DNA of 11,380 nt from Escherichia coli (GTDB lineage Bacteria > Pseudomonadota > Gammaproteobacteria > Enterobacterales > Enterobacteriaceae), in NCBI RefSeq assembly GCF_003334255.1, contig NZ_QOWU01000083.1, one strand, 5' to 3'. The notes under the pieces were generated by a model. That model was not told the origin of the DNA. It did not search any database and saw only the letters and a program-made list of their open reading frames with translations. The first letter of the stretch is position 1. Each line of letters begins with the position of its first letter. Of this stretch, positions 1 to 8,409 are shown piece by piece. Made by a program: the position numbers and the translations under genes.

Positions 1-62
1 AATCGGTGGAGCTGCATGACAAAGTCATCGGGCATTATCTGAACATAAAACACTATCAATAA

Positions 63-575
63 GTTGGAGTCATTACCAAACAGGGATTATTTATTCTCTC
101 AGGCGAGAATAAAATAGACGAAGAATGTTTCATTAATATAGTCCAAACGGCTGTCGCCATAAATAACATCGGTAGAGAATCTAATGGTTATATTTTAGTT
201 GGTGTTTCCGATACCAAAGCTACGGCAGACAGAGTTAAGACTTTATATGGTGTTACCCCTATTGAGTGCAATGGCTATTATATCAATGGAATTGATCATG
301 AAGCTGTAATTCAATCAAAAAACATAGATAATTACTTTCTGTTCATAAAACAAAAAATAGAATCATTTAATTTTAATGAGGCTTTGAAACAACAAATACT
401 AAAAGATATTTCATTATGTTCATATGAAGGACTGCATGTTTTAAAAATCGAAATAAAAAGTGTCGGAGAAGTCTGTCATTTTGAAAATAGGTATTATATA
501 AGACAAGGAACAGCTACGCATTTAATCACTGACGGTGAAGCAATTAGTAGTTTACACAGATTATATTACTCATAA
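63..575 (+). CDS. Start-less ORF with Schlafen/AlbA_2-like domain signature (possible truncated or disrupted gene)
   Basis: Frame is open from 63 to the TAA at 573-575 (171 codons) in AT-rich DNA, where long open frames are unlikely by chance. Translation contains ...CFINIVQTAVAINNIGRESNGYILVGVSD... and ...GLHVLKIEIKSVGEVCHFENRYYIRQGTATHLI..., which resemble the AlbA_2/Schlafen-type motifs (CAFANtxGGxLxIGVxD; ...YIRxGxxT) from memory. No ATG/GTG in frame; first canonical start is TTG at 384; in-frame TAA at 60-62 and all three frames closed within the first 62 nt. Confidence 0.35.
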   Translation, partial: VGVITKQGLFILSGENKIDEECFINIVQTAVAINNIGRESNGYILVGVSDTKATADRVKTLYGVTPIECNGYYINGIDHEAVIQSKNIDNYFLFIKQKIESFNFNEALKQQILKDISLCSYEGLHVLKIEIKSVGEVCHFENRYYIRQGTATHLITDGEAISSLHRLYYS

Positions 576-1278
576 TTACTTAAGCACTATGAAGGTATCA
601 TACACCTTCATAGTGTACTTTTTTACTGCGCTTTGGGGCTAAATTGTTTTTGTGAATAGCCAGAATATCGTGGCTACGGCGGCAATGGAAATATATGATC
701 TCTGCTGCCAGAGACTGGAGATGTAATTGGGGGCAGTTTGGATATCGAAAATTATTGTACTATAAGGGGTCCGCTTGAGGGGGCCGCTTGGAAAACGGAA
801 ATTTTCCCACGCTAAGAGAATTGAGTTGAACGAGTGGTTACATCTAGGCCAGCTAACTCACTGAACGTAAAGGCTGTACGAAATGTTCCGACCGTCCGAT
901 AACCATTTGGCTTACTTCCGTACATTTCCTTGCGTAGATGTACAGAATTGTACGATTTCGGACACCAAAACTGCTGTTGTCCCGGTGCATGAAGCTACTT
1001 TCCGGGTTGGTGGTACTGACTTTGGTGTTCTTAACGACGACGTTTTCAACTCTGAAAATCGCCTCTCTGCACGGGGATTTTTACCCCCCCATAGAGCCGT
1101 CATATAAATTCAAATTATTAACTTTGATGGTAGAATTATCTTAGGTTTGATAAAATTTTGAGCCGTCGCCGTTTACTTCACAGGATTCAATATAATGGCT
1201 AAATATACAGTTTGTGATTACCAATAAACTATTAGAAATAATGGGAATGGTTGTGCCAATCTCTATCTGGAGGTCTTA

Positions 1279-1500
1279 TTGCAGGGAACATCCACCCCAT
1301 CGTTACACCAATACAGAATTGCCCCCGATACAAGACATCCAGACATTAACCTAATAAAAGCGCACCTTGACGAGGGCTTTCAGCAGGCAAAGTCTGAGGG
1401 ATTAAAAGTAGAGATTTCAGATTATAAAGAACGTCTTTACCTGTACATTAGAACACCTGGTAATAACCTAATGCAATATTCTGGTTGCAGAGAAAAATAA
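1279..1500 (+). CDS. Hypothetical small ORF (73 aa, TTG start); weak resemblance to integrase N-terminal arm-type segment; possibly a remnant
   Basis: ORF track only; TTG start, no convincing RBS. Segment ...SDYKERLYLYIRTPGN... loosely resembles the D-G-x-GLYLxVxPxGxK motif of P4-type integrase N-termini. Speculative. Confidence 0.2.
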   Translation: MQGTSTPSLHQYRIAPDTRHPDINLIKAHLDEGFQQAKSEGLKVEISDYKERLYLYIRTPGNNLMQYSGCREK

Positions 1501-1607
1501 TACAGTCGCGCTGGATACGCTGACATTGACGCAGTTATATGATTTTCTGGCGTTGGTCAGTAAACCAGCTGCAGCCAAAACGGTGTAGTCCCTGACACAG
1601 GCGCCGG

Positions 1608-1844
1608 TCATTCTGTTAACTCATCCACGTATGGGATGAACAGTTGTTTCAGTTTGAAACCAGGGATGTCAGACGGATTTTTGCTGGCGAGTACGAAATC
1701 CGTTACGAACTTAATGGCCAGACTATTTATGTATTGCGCCTGTGACACACACGAGAAAACAGGTAGATTGTGTGTGAGGGCAACTTTAACATAGCCTGCA
1801 GGTGTTAATTCAGGAGCATTGTTATCAGACCAAATATTTTTCAT
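1608..1844 (-). CDS. Hypothetical protein (78 aa)
   Basis: ATG-initiated ORF on the minus strand in AT-rich DNA; weak RBS; divergent from the 1873-2154 ORF. No recognisable family. Confidence 0.3.
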
Positions 1845-1872
1845 TCCATTAAATAGTCTTGTAGGGGATAAA

Positions 1873-2154
1873 ATGAATTACGATGAAATAACGAAAATCA
1901 CTGCAGAACGTATTAGCGACTACATGACTGAAGCGGTTAATACAGACTCTAAATCTGTTGCGGAAATGTTTCATAACGCTGCATGGGGAGTGCTATCATT
2001 GTGGTTTGAACTCGTCACAAAAATAGATCTGGATATACATAAAAAGAACAGGTATGCAAGTTATGATTTTAGAAGAAAAATCGAAATGCAGCATGAAGAG
2101 TTTCAGAAAATGACAGAGCGTGAGCAAGTGCCTTTATTGAAATTGCCTGAATAA
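1873..2154 (+). CDS. Hypothetical protein (93 aa from ATG 1873; ORF track gives a TTG start at 1819)
   Basis: ATG at 1873 preceded by AGGGGA (about 1863-1868) at reasonable spacing; ORF ends TAA 2152-2154; followed by a strong hairpin at 2220-2266. No recognisable family. Confidence 0.4.
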
Positions 2155-2219
2155 CAGAGACAGTGCAAACGATTATTTCATAATAACGATTATGTAATGA
2201 CTGGTAAGAAAATAACTTG

Positions 2220-2266
2220 ATTGAGTTCCCTTTATCCAGCCTGATAGTGGATAAAGGGAACTCAAT
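2220..2266. terminator. Perfect 18-19 bp inverted repeat hairpin between convergent genes; likely bidirectional intrinsic terminator
   Basis: TTGAGTTCCCTTTATCCA (2221-2238) / loop GCCTGATAG / TGGATAAAGGGAACTCAA (2248-2265), exact reverse complements. Flanked by A/T-rich sequence on both sides. Lies between the stop of the + ORF (2154) and the stop of parR (2277, minus). Confidence 0.55.
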
Positions 2267-2276
2267 AATAATTGAA

Positions 2277-2630
2277 TTAATTTATTAGCTTCATCGCATT
2301 TTTTTTGGTCTCTTCATCACTTTTTTGCTCTTGTTGTGAAGAGGATTGAGTGACTATTGAAGAATTAAAATCGGCCATCTCTTTTGGAAATAGCGATCTC
2401 AATATATTCACGATATCTGAAAATGTGGTTTCTTTCGTCAGCAGCTCACATAAAAGGAAAGGGGTCCGGGGATCTTGTCTGTATAAGGCCAGACCTGCCG
2501 TCAGTGCGGCCCGGTTAAGGCGGCTTCGTTCCCCTTGCGGGATACTGTCCAGTGTATCACAAACAATTTTATCTGTTTGATTTACATCTGGATTTAGTTT
2601 GAAGGCAATGGTTCTGCGCTTGTCCATCAT
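2277..2630 (-). CDS. parR: ParR (StbB) centromere-binding adaptor protein of type II (actin-like) partition system
   Basis: 117-aa translation [54 protein letters not shown]... matches my recollection of plasmid R1 ParR. Lies immediately downstream of parM with a TAATG stop/start overlap, the known parMR operon arrangement. Confidence 0.9.
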   Translation of the reverse strand: MMDKRRTIAFKLNPDVNQTDKIVCDTLDSIPQGERSRLNRAALTAGLALYRQDPRTPFLLCELLTKETTFSDIVNILRSLFPKEMADFNSSIVTQSSSQQEQKSDEETKKNAMKLIN

Positions 2631-3592
2631 TAATTACCTATGAGATACATACCGTTAACTAAATCATATTGAGAGTTATTGGTTTTGAAAAAACGTTCAT
2701 CACGAATCTGTGTGTGTTTTTTTACTGCATCGCATATTAATTCTGCGCCACCGCCTATAACCATAACATGAGTATAACCAGAAAATTCATTGAGCGTATT
2801 TAATACACGTTGCTCAAGTTTACGAAGTGCTTCATTCATTGCTTCGGTGACTATTGATATTTTGTTCTCATCATTAATTCGTTGCTTCAGATAGTTATTA
2901 TCTTTTCTGTGAATGATTATATCGTCAGCAAGATAGCTACTTCCTTTTGTTCTCGCAAGAGAAAGGGCATCTTTTACTGCAGATGTAACCAGAGAGACAC
3001 CAAGAGATGAGTCTCCGTATATTTTACTGATCCCCGATAATTTCCCCATTACCTGAGAAATATCTAATGTGGTGCCCCCGAGATCTATAATTAATAAAGA
3101 ATCTAACTCATCCAGTTCTTGTAGAACTTCATAACCTGCCGGTATAGATTCAGGCATGACTTTTACATCTTTTATTGTGAATGTATCCCCGCCATTTAAT
3201 GTAATTTTTTTCCGGAAGTTTGCTTTCTTACGCTCAATATTTTCCGTATTGGGTTGGTTATTTCTGTCGTAATACTCTGTCAGAGGAAGTGTGCAAACAA
3301 TATCCACTTCGCTTACCGGCAGACCACTGGTCAGTAAGGCGTGATGCACTGCAACGACATTAACGTCGCTGTATTGCCATGCGATATTGGTTGTGACTAC
3401 AGCATCCGGGCTGATTGGATCAAATGAATACTGTTCGCCGTTCAGTGTGTAGTTAAAGACCTTTTTATCACCAAAAGAGACTGCCCACTCGCGTTTGAAG
3501 CTGTTCGGGCTAATGTGCTGTTTAATTGTTCCGTCGCTTTCCTGCCACTGTAGTTTGATGTTTGTTGAACCGTCATCAATGAATACCAACAT
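2630..3592 (-). CDS. parM: ParM (StbA) actin-like plasmid segregation ATPase
   Basis: 320-aa translation [22 protein letters not shown]...[14 protein letters not shown]...[11 protein letters not shown]... carries actin-fold phosphate-binding motifs (DDGSTN, DLGGTT, GGGA) and matches R1 ParM as I recall it. RBS AAGGAG lies upstream of the ATG at 3590-3592. Confidence 0.95.
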
Positions 3593-3607
3593 TTATAAAA
3601 CTCCTTA

Positions 3608-3772
3608 TGGTGTTTTTTTGGTGTGTGTTTGGGTATGTTTTGGGTTTTAAGTGGGTTTGTTTGTCAAGTTTACCCCATTTCAACCATCAATCAATGATTA
3701 TTTGTCTTGTTTTGGTGTTTTATTGGGTTGGGTATGGGTTGTTTTTGGGTTTTGTTTGGCGGGTAACAAAAG
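3608..3772 (-). promoter_or_regulatory. parC: parC centromere/promoter region: two blocks of about five 11-bp iterons flanking the parMR promoter
   Basis: 11-bp periodic T/G-rich repeats on the + strand (for example ttgggtatgtt, ttgggttttaa, gtgggtttgtt, then after a ~45-bp spacer ttgttttggtg, ttttattgggt, tgggtatgggt, tgtttttgggt, tttgtttggcg). The spacer, read on the minus strand, contains TTGATT-16 bp-TAAACT and TTGACA. Architecture matches established R1 parC (10 iterons around the promoter). Confidence 0.7.
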
Positions 3773-4108
3773 ATGTCGCCGGGCTCCTCTTTTTACTGCG
3801 CCGGCTGACGCGGCGCGGCAGGAACGCTGCCTGTGGTCAGTGTCCCGCGTCCGGCCGGGCACGGGACGGGCGCTTTTACCGCTCCCGGCTGGCGTTGGTG
3901 ACAGTGTACGCCAGCCCGTCGCCCTTTTCTGATGAACGCCCTTCAAGCCGCTTTCGCGGCATATCCTCGCCGTCAAAAAGACGACGGCTGCGGTATTCCA
4001 CGGTCGGCCTGACCCGTTACCGGACGCGGTGAACAGCCCACAGGCAGCGGGGAACGGGCACCACAGGGGTGCCCTCCCGGTGCCCTCTGTAAGAGAAGGA
4101 GTGCTGTT
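3773..4108 (+). promoter_or_regulatory. Long GC-rich untranslated leader upstream of the methyltransferase operon; candidate structured promoter/ssi-like element
   Basis: About 335 bp with no credible ORF (only overlapping R/P/G-rich frames on both strands). Shares the 13-mer TGAACAGCCCACA (4030-4042) with 8399-8411. Ends with RBS AAGGAG before ATG 4109. Confidence 0.3.
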
Positions 4109-4792
4109 ATGTCCCGTTTTATCCTGGGTGACTGCGTGCGTGTTATGGCCACGTTTCCGGGCAATGCTGTCGATTTCATCCTCACCGACCCGCCGTATCT
4201 CGTCGGTTTCCGTGACCGTTCCGGGCGCACCATCGCCGGCGATAAAACCGATGAATGGCTGCAACCAGCCTGTAATGAAATGTACCGCGTACTCAAAAAA
4301 GACGCGTTAATGGTGAGCTTCTATGGCTGGAACCGCGTCGATCGCTTTATGGCCGCCTGGAAAAATGCGGGATTCAGCGTTGTTGGTCACCTGGTCTTCA
4401 CCAAAAACTACACATCGAAGGCCGCATATGTGGGCTATCGCCACGAATGTGCCTACATCCTGGCAAAAGGCCGTCCACGTCTGCCACAAAACCCGCTGCC
4501 GGACGTGCTGGGCTGGAAATATTCGGGCAATCGCCATCACCCGACGGAAAAGCCCGTTACCAGCCTGCAACCGCTGATTGAGAGCTTCACACACCCGAAC
4601 GCAATTGTGCTGGACCCGTTTGCAGGCAGCGGCTCAACCTGCGTCGCCGCCCTCCAGTCCGGACGCCGGTATATCGGTATCGAGCTGCTTGAGCAGTATC
4701 ACCGTGCCGGGCAGCAACGCCTTGCCGCCGTGCAACGGGCCATGCAGCAGGGGGCCGCGAATGATGACTGGTTTATGCCGGAGGCTGCGTAA
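4109..4792 (+). CDS. Orphan DNA methyltransferase, N6-adenine/N4-cytosine beta class (PF01555-like)
   Basis: 227 aa. Motif IV DPPY near the N-terminus (LTDPPYLVG) and motif I near the C-terminus (VLDPFAGSGSTCVAA), the order typical of beta-class amino-methyltransferases. Good RBS AAGGAG before the ATG. No adjacent restriction endonuclease candidate. Confidence 0.85.
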   Translation: MSRFILGDCVRVMATFPGNAVDFILTDPPYLVGFRDRSGRTIAGDKTDEWLQPACNEMYRVLKKDALMVSFYGWNRVDRFMAAWKNAGFSVVGHLVFTKNYTSKAAYVGYRHECAYILAKGRPRLPQNPLPDVLGWKYSGNRHHPTEKPVTSLQPLIESFTHPNAIVLDPFAGSGSTCVAALQSGRRYIGIELLEQYHRAGQQRLAAVQRAMQQGAANDDWFMPEAA

Positions 4793-5014
4793 ATGAACTA
4801 TGCAGGACACGAAAAACTGCGCGCCGAAGTGGCGGAGGTGGCCAATGCCATGTGCGACCTGCGTACAACCATGAATGAGATGGAGCAGCGGTACAGCTTT
4901 AATGCCGACACCCTGCCGGAACGTCTGGTGCGTCAGACGCTGTTTCGCGCAAACCGCCTCCTGATGGAGGCATATACCGAAATTCTGGAACTGGAAGCGT
5001 GCTTTAAAGATTGA
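4793..5014 (+). CDS. Hypothetical protein (73 aa), translationally coupled to the methyltransferase
   Basis: ATG immediately follows the methyltransferase TAA (TAAATG); GGAGG lies about 10 nt upstream; GC-rich codon usage consistent with neighbours. No recognisable family. Confidence 0.55.
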   Translation: MNYAGHEKLRAEVAEVANAMCDLRTTMNEMEQRYSFNADTLPERLVRQTLFRANRLLMEAYTEILELEACFKD

Positions 5015-5027
5015 GAAGGAGACGAGA

Positions 5028-5462
5028 ATGTACGGAACATGCGAAACGCTATGCCGGGAGCTGGCAGTAAAGTATCCGGGAGACATGCCGCTGATGCTGG
5101 TTATCTGGTCCCCGGAAGAGATTCAGGCACTGGCTGACGGTATGGAAATTTCTCTGACCGGTCATGAAATCAGGACCGTCCTGGCACGCCTGGAGGACAT
5201 CCCGGAAGACCAGCGGATTGAGTCCGGTATTTCTTCCGCTGCGGTGATGGAGATTATCCGCAACGAGAGCGAAAACCGCCTGGTGACCGTCCCTGCTGAA
5301 CTGCTGGCGTCCCTGATTCAGACCGCTGAACAGGCATTGTGGAAACGTGAATGGGCCGCCCGGGATCATGGCCTCGCCGTCCCGGAATGCGTCACCCGCC
5401 GTCAGGAGGTGGTTAATCAGGCCCGCACCCTGCTGAAAAACAACACACACGAAAACGACTGA
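5028..5462 (+). CDS. Conserved plasmid protein of unknown function (144 aa; possibly DUF1380-like), paralog of 7179-7601
   Basis: RBS GAAGGAGACGAGAATG. Aligns by eye with the 7179-7601 product (MY.T...RE...SLT..E..TV..RL.D...RxVTVPA..L). The DUF name is recalled, not verified. Confidence 0.6.
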   Translation: MYGTCETLCRELAVKYPGDMPLMLVIWSPEEIQALADGMEISLTGHEIRTVLARLEDIPEDQRIESGISSAAVMEIIRNESENRLVTVPAELLASLIQTAEQALWKREWAARDHGLAVPECVTRRQEVVNQARTLLKNNTHEND

Positions 5463-6289
5463 TGTTATCGCCGCCTGCCCTGCGGGCGGCGATACAGGGA
5501 GAACGCTTAATCATGAACGAAAACAGCACGCTGAACGCACTGATTTGTCGTCACGCCCGCAACCTGCTGCTGGCGCAGGGCTGGCCGGAAGAGACGGATG
5601 TTGACCAGCGTAACCCGAAGTATCCGGGCTGGATCAGCATTTATGTTCTGCTGGATGCGCCCCGGCTGGCGACGTTACTTATCAACCGTCACGGCGGCGT
5701 ACTGCCGCCGCTCCTGGCCTCCGCCATTCAGAAACTGACCGGAACCGGGGCGGAACTGGTACTGTCCGGCAGTCAGTGGCAGTCGCTGCCGGTACTTCCG
5801 GCAGACGGAACGCAGGTGTCTTTCCCGTATGCCGGAGAATGGCTGACCGAAGACGAAATCAGGGCTGTACTTGCGGCGGTGCGCGATGCGGTACGCAGTG
5901 TCAGTTGCCGGGTGGCAGAAGATGCGCGGCGTATCCGGGCGGCGCTGACCACCACCGGTCAGACGTTGCTGACTCGCCAGACGCGCCGCTTTCGTCTGGT
6001 TGTGAAGGAAAGCGATCACCCCTGCTGGCTCGATGAAGATGACGAAAACCTGCCCGTGGTGCTCGATGCCATCGTGAACCGGGGAGCACGTTTTTCGTCG
6101 GTGGAAATGTACCTGGTCAGCGATTGTATTGAGCATATCCTGTCCAGTGGGCTGGCCTGCGATGTGCTGCGTATACCGGATGAACCGCCCCGCCGCTGGT
6201 TTGACCGTGGTGTTCTGCGGGAGGTGGTCCGGGAAGCCCGGGCCGAAATCCGCAGCATGGCGGATGCCCTGGCAAAAATCCGGAAATGA
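5462..6289 (+). CDS. Hypothetical protein (275 aa; alternative start ATG 5513 giving 258 aa)
   Basis: ATG 5462 overlaps the upstream stop (TGATG). An internal ATG at 5513 has its own RBS (AGGGAGA). Long GC-rich ORF co-oriented with neighbours. No recognisable motif. Confidence 0.6.
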   Translation: MLSPPALRAAIQGERLIMNENSTLNALICRHARNLLLAQGWPEETDVDQRNPKYPGWISIYVLLDAPRLATLLINRHGGVLPPLLASAIQKLTGTGAELVLSGSQWQSLPVLPADGTQVSFPYAGEWLTEDEIRAVLAAVRDAVRSVSCRVAEDARRIRAALTTTGQTLLTRQTRRFRLVVKESDHPCWLDEDDENLPVVLDAIVNRGARFSSVEMYLVSDCIEHILSSGLACDVLRIPDEPPRRWFDRGVLREVVREARAEIRSMADALAKIRK

Positions 6290-6706
6290 TGACGTTGGCG
6301 GGGTAAATCCCCGCCTTTTTCCTGCCGGTCCCCGGACAGAGCACAAAGGAAGTCGCCGCCGGCTCCGCTTTACCCGGCCATGCAGGGCATGGCCTTGTGG
6401 TTTTTCAGTTATGTGGCCTCAGCGTCGTGTGCGGGCTGTGCCGTGCCTCCATCTTAGCCGGGCTGGCAGGGATGCAAGGGTACGCTTCGCCGCTGCGGTC
6501 ACCCGGTCCCTCCTTCCCGTCTGCCGTGATTTTCCGGTCGTTCACCCGCTCAGATTTCGCGGTCTCACCCTCCAACTCCCGCCAGCCGTGTGCGTCAGGC
6601 TGCGGCTTCCCTTGCGCCCTGTGCATCCCCGCCTTATCGCCCGGCTTTTATGGAGGCACGGCACCGCCCGGTGTCGCGGAATATGTGAACAACGGAGGAA
6701 AACATC
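6290..6706 (+). promoter_or_regulatory. GC-rich about 415-bp untranslated region upstream of klcA; candidate structured promoter/ssi-like element
   Basis: No credible ORF (the 6129-6734 and 6397-6741 frames are R/C/W/P-rich and overlap). Ends with TGAACAACGGAGGAAAACATCATG (RBS GGAGGA before klcA ATG 6707). Confidence 0.3.
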
Positions 6707-7132
6707 ATGCAATATGCGAAACCTGTCACTCTGAACGTTGAAGAGTGCGACCGTCTCTCCTTTCTACCGTATCTGTTTGGCAACGATTTTCTGTATGCCG
6801 AGGCGTATGTGTACGCGCTGGCGCAAAAAATGATGCCGGAATATCAGGGAGGCTTCTGGCACTTCATCCGCCTGCCGGACGGTGGCGGTTACATGATGCC
6901 GGATGGCGACCGTTTCCACATGGTGAACGGTGCAAACTGGTTTGACCGTACCGTGAGTGCTGATGCCGCAGGCATCATTCTGACTTCCCTTGTGATTAAC
7001 CGCCAGTTGTGGCTGTACCACGACAGCGGGGATGCAGGACTGACCCAGCTTTACCGGATGCGCGATGCGCAGTTGTGGCGTCACATCGAATTTCACCCCG
7101 AATGCAACGCGATTTACGCGGCACTGGACTGA
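6707..7132 (+). CDS. klcA: KlcA/ArdB-family antirestriction protein
   Basis: 141 aa; ...[68 protein letters not shown]... matches my recollection of KlcA/ArdB (Antirestrict family) proteins on IncF/IncP/IncN plasmids. RBS GGAGGA 7 nt upstream. Confidence 0.85.
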   Translation: MQYAKPVTLNVEECDRLSFLPYLFGNDFLYAEAYVYALAQKMMPEYQGGFWHFIRLPDGGGYMMPDGDRFHMVNGANWFDRTVSADAAGIILTSLVINRQLWLYHDSGDAGLTQLYRMRDAQLWRHIEFHPECNAIYAALD

Positions 7133-7141
7133 TTAACGGAC

Positions 7142-7160
7142 GGGGCGGCAATGCCGCCCC
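7142..7160. other. Intercistronic GC hairpin (GGGGCGGC-AAT-GCCGCCCC) directly upstream of an RBS
   Basis: Perfect 8-bp GC stem with 3-nt loop, 10 nt after the klcA stop and immediately before AAAGGAGACGAGAACATG. No downstream T-run, so not a canonical intrinsic terminator. Confidence 0.5.
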
Positions 7161-7178
7161 TGTAAAGGAGACGAGAAC

Positions 7179-7601
7179 ATGTACTGTACTGTTAAAGAAA
7201 TTATCCGCGAAGTGCTGAACACAGACGTGCCGGACAGTGAATGCGTTTTTGCCGTGGTGCTGACCCGTGGGGATGTGCGTCACATAGCCCAGGACTGGAG
7301 TCTGACAGACGATGAGCTGGAAACCGTCATGCAGCGACTGGACGATGCCTTTGCGCATGGTGCGGATGTCAGCATTGTTCACGACGTTGTTCGTGAGCTG
7401 ATGGAAGAAAAGCGCGCCAGCCGTCAGGTGACAGTTCCGGCGGTGATGCTGGAAAAAGTGATGGCGCTGGCAGGCAGTGAAATGAAGCGCCTGTATGCCG
7501 TCGGGAGCGAGAACGGGGGCGACGGTGACGCATTCGTCAGGGAAGAACGCGAAGCAATGGACGTTGTGTTACAGGCGCTGGACGGGGAGCACATGTCATG
7601 A
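7179..7601 (+). CDS. Conserved plasmid protein of unknown function (140 aa; possibly DUF1380-like), paralog of 5028-5462
   Basis: RBS AAAGGAGACGAGAACATG nearly identical to that of 5028. Sequence similarity to the 5028 product along the whole length, including the shared VTVPA motif. Confidence 0.6.
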   Translation: MYCTVKEIIREVLNTDVPDSECVFAVVLTRGDVRHIAQDWSLTDDELETVMQRLDDAFAHGADVSIVHDVVRELMEEKRASRQVTVPAVMLEKVMALAGSEMKRLYAVGSENGGDGDAFVREEREAMDVVLQALDGEHMS

Positions 7602-7789
7602 ATATCAGCACAGAAACCCGCGAAATTCTGCGCAATTACAAAGCCGTGATTAATGCGCGGCGTCGTGAAATGGGGCAGAAACCGCTCACCACTGCGCAGA
7701 TTGTTGATGAAATCTGCGATTTTGTGGCGAATCAGCAGGCTGTATTCCTCGGCGGTCACTACATCCTTCAGGGCAGCATAAACAGGTGA
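7598..7789 (+). CDS. Hypothetical small protein (63 aa), translationally coupled (ATGA overlap)
   Basis: ATG 7598 overlaps the TGA of the upstream gene; co-oriented; no recognisable family. Confidence 0.45.
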   Translation: MNISTETREILRNYKAVINARRREMGQKPLTTAQIVDEICDFVANQQAVFLGGHYILQGSINR

Positions 7790-7957
7790 TACAGGGGCAG
7801 GCGGTGGAGGCCGCCTGTCAGCCCGCGCGAAAACCCCTGGCAGGCTGACGCCTGCCGGAAGGGAAGCGGGCCACGCTGGCGCGTCGCCCGTTACCCTTCC
7901 CGTCTGTGATGTGTCTGACTCAGGAGTGTTTCTTTCTTATGTTATGGAACTGTTCCT

Positions 7958-8058
7958 GATGTTGTTGTTCCTTTATCTACTGCTCTGATTCTGACTACTG
8001 CAGTGTTGTTCTGTCTGCCGGGCGCACCTTCGGCTCCCGGCTGCCTGGCGGCATCCGG
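7958..8058. repeat. Copy 1 of a repeated leading-region element (77-bp core with 1 mismatch to copy 2)
   Basis: Core 7982-8058 (GCTCTGATTCTGACTACTGCAGTGTTGTTCTGTCTGCCGGGCGCACCTTCGGCTCCCGGCTGCCTGGCGGCATCCGG) matches 11304-11380 with a single T/C difference. The upstream GATGTTGTTGTTCC (7958-7971) is also shared with 11247-11260. Confidence 0.6.
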
Positions 8059-8409
8059 TCGTCAGGCCCGACTCCGACAGGCAGCTGCTGGCGCACCTGC
8101 CAGTCTCCGCCGAACCCGCTGGCGCGGTTTCGGGCTGCCGCTACGGTCCGATGCGTGAAAACCCCTGGCTTGCAGCGACCGTTCCGGTCGCGCCGCCTCT
8201 GTCGCGCCGTGGCCTGCGCTCCCGGCATCCCGGCAAAAGGCCGCCGGGATGTAAGGGGCAACGCCGTTTCGCGCACGCGCTCTCCGTCGTTGCGGCGGGC
8301 CCCTGCTCATTGCCTGCCGGGTGCCACACACCCGTATGAGTCCCTGTCGCCGGGGGCTGATACAGCCACAACCTGCCGCACTGACTGTCCAGGGTAAATG
8401 AACAGCCCA

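Noticed and set aside
883-1144. ORFs 883-1107 (+), 938-1144 (+), 912-1103 (-)
   Set aside because: Three mutually overlapping short frames with no RBS and no recognisable similarity. The region 600-1280 is more likely non-coding or degraded.
3608-3772. Possible CRISPR array suggested by short regular direct repeats
   Set aside because: Repeats are 11 bp, contiguous and T/G-rich without spacers, and sit directly upstream of parM. This is the parC iteron centromere, not a CRISPR locus. No cas genes are present.
3607-4310. ORFs 3607-4032 (+), 3651-3932 (+), 3698-4264 (-), 3973-4296 (-), 4029-4310 (+)
   Set aside because: They run through the parC iterons and the GC-rich leader and overlap the well-supported methyltransferase start. 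Arginine- and proline-rich, no RBS. Judged spurious.
4307-5450. Antisense ORFs inside the methyltransferase and downstream genes (4307-4594 -, 4634-5086 -, 5049-5450 -)
   Set aside because: Located opposite well-supported + strand genes; typical shadow ORFs of GC-rich coding sequence.
6129-6741. ORFs 6129-6734 (201 aa) and 6397-6741 (114 aa) on the + strand, plus several minus-strand ORFs, in the region upstream of klcA
   Set aside because: Mutually overlapping in different frames, no RBS, R/C/W/P-rich low-complexity translations typical of chance open frames in high-GC DNA. Treated as untranslated leader.
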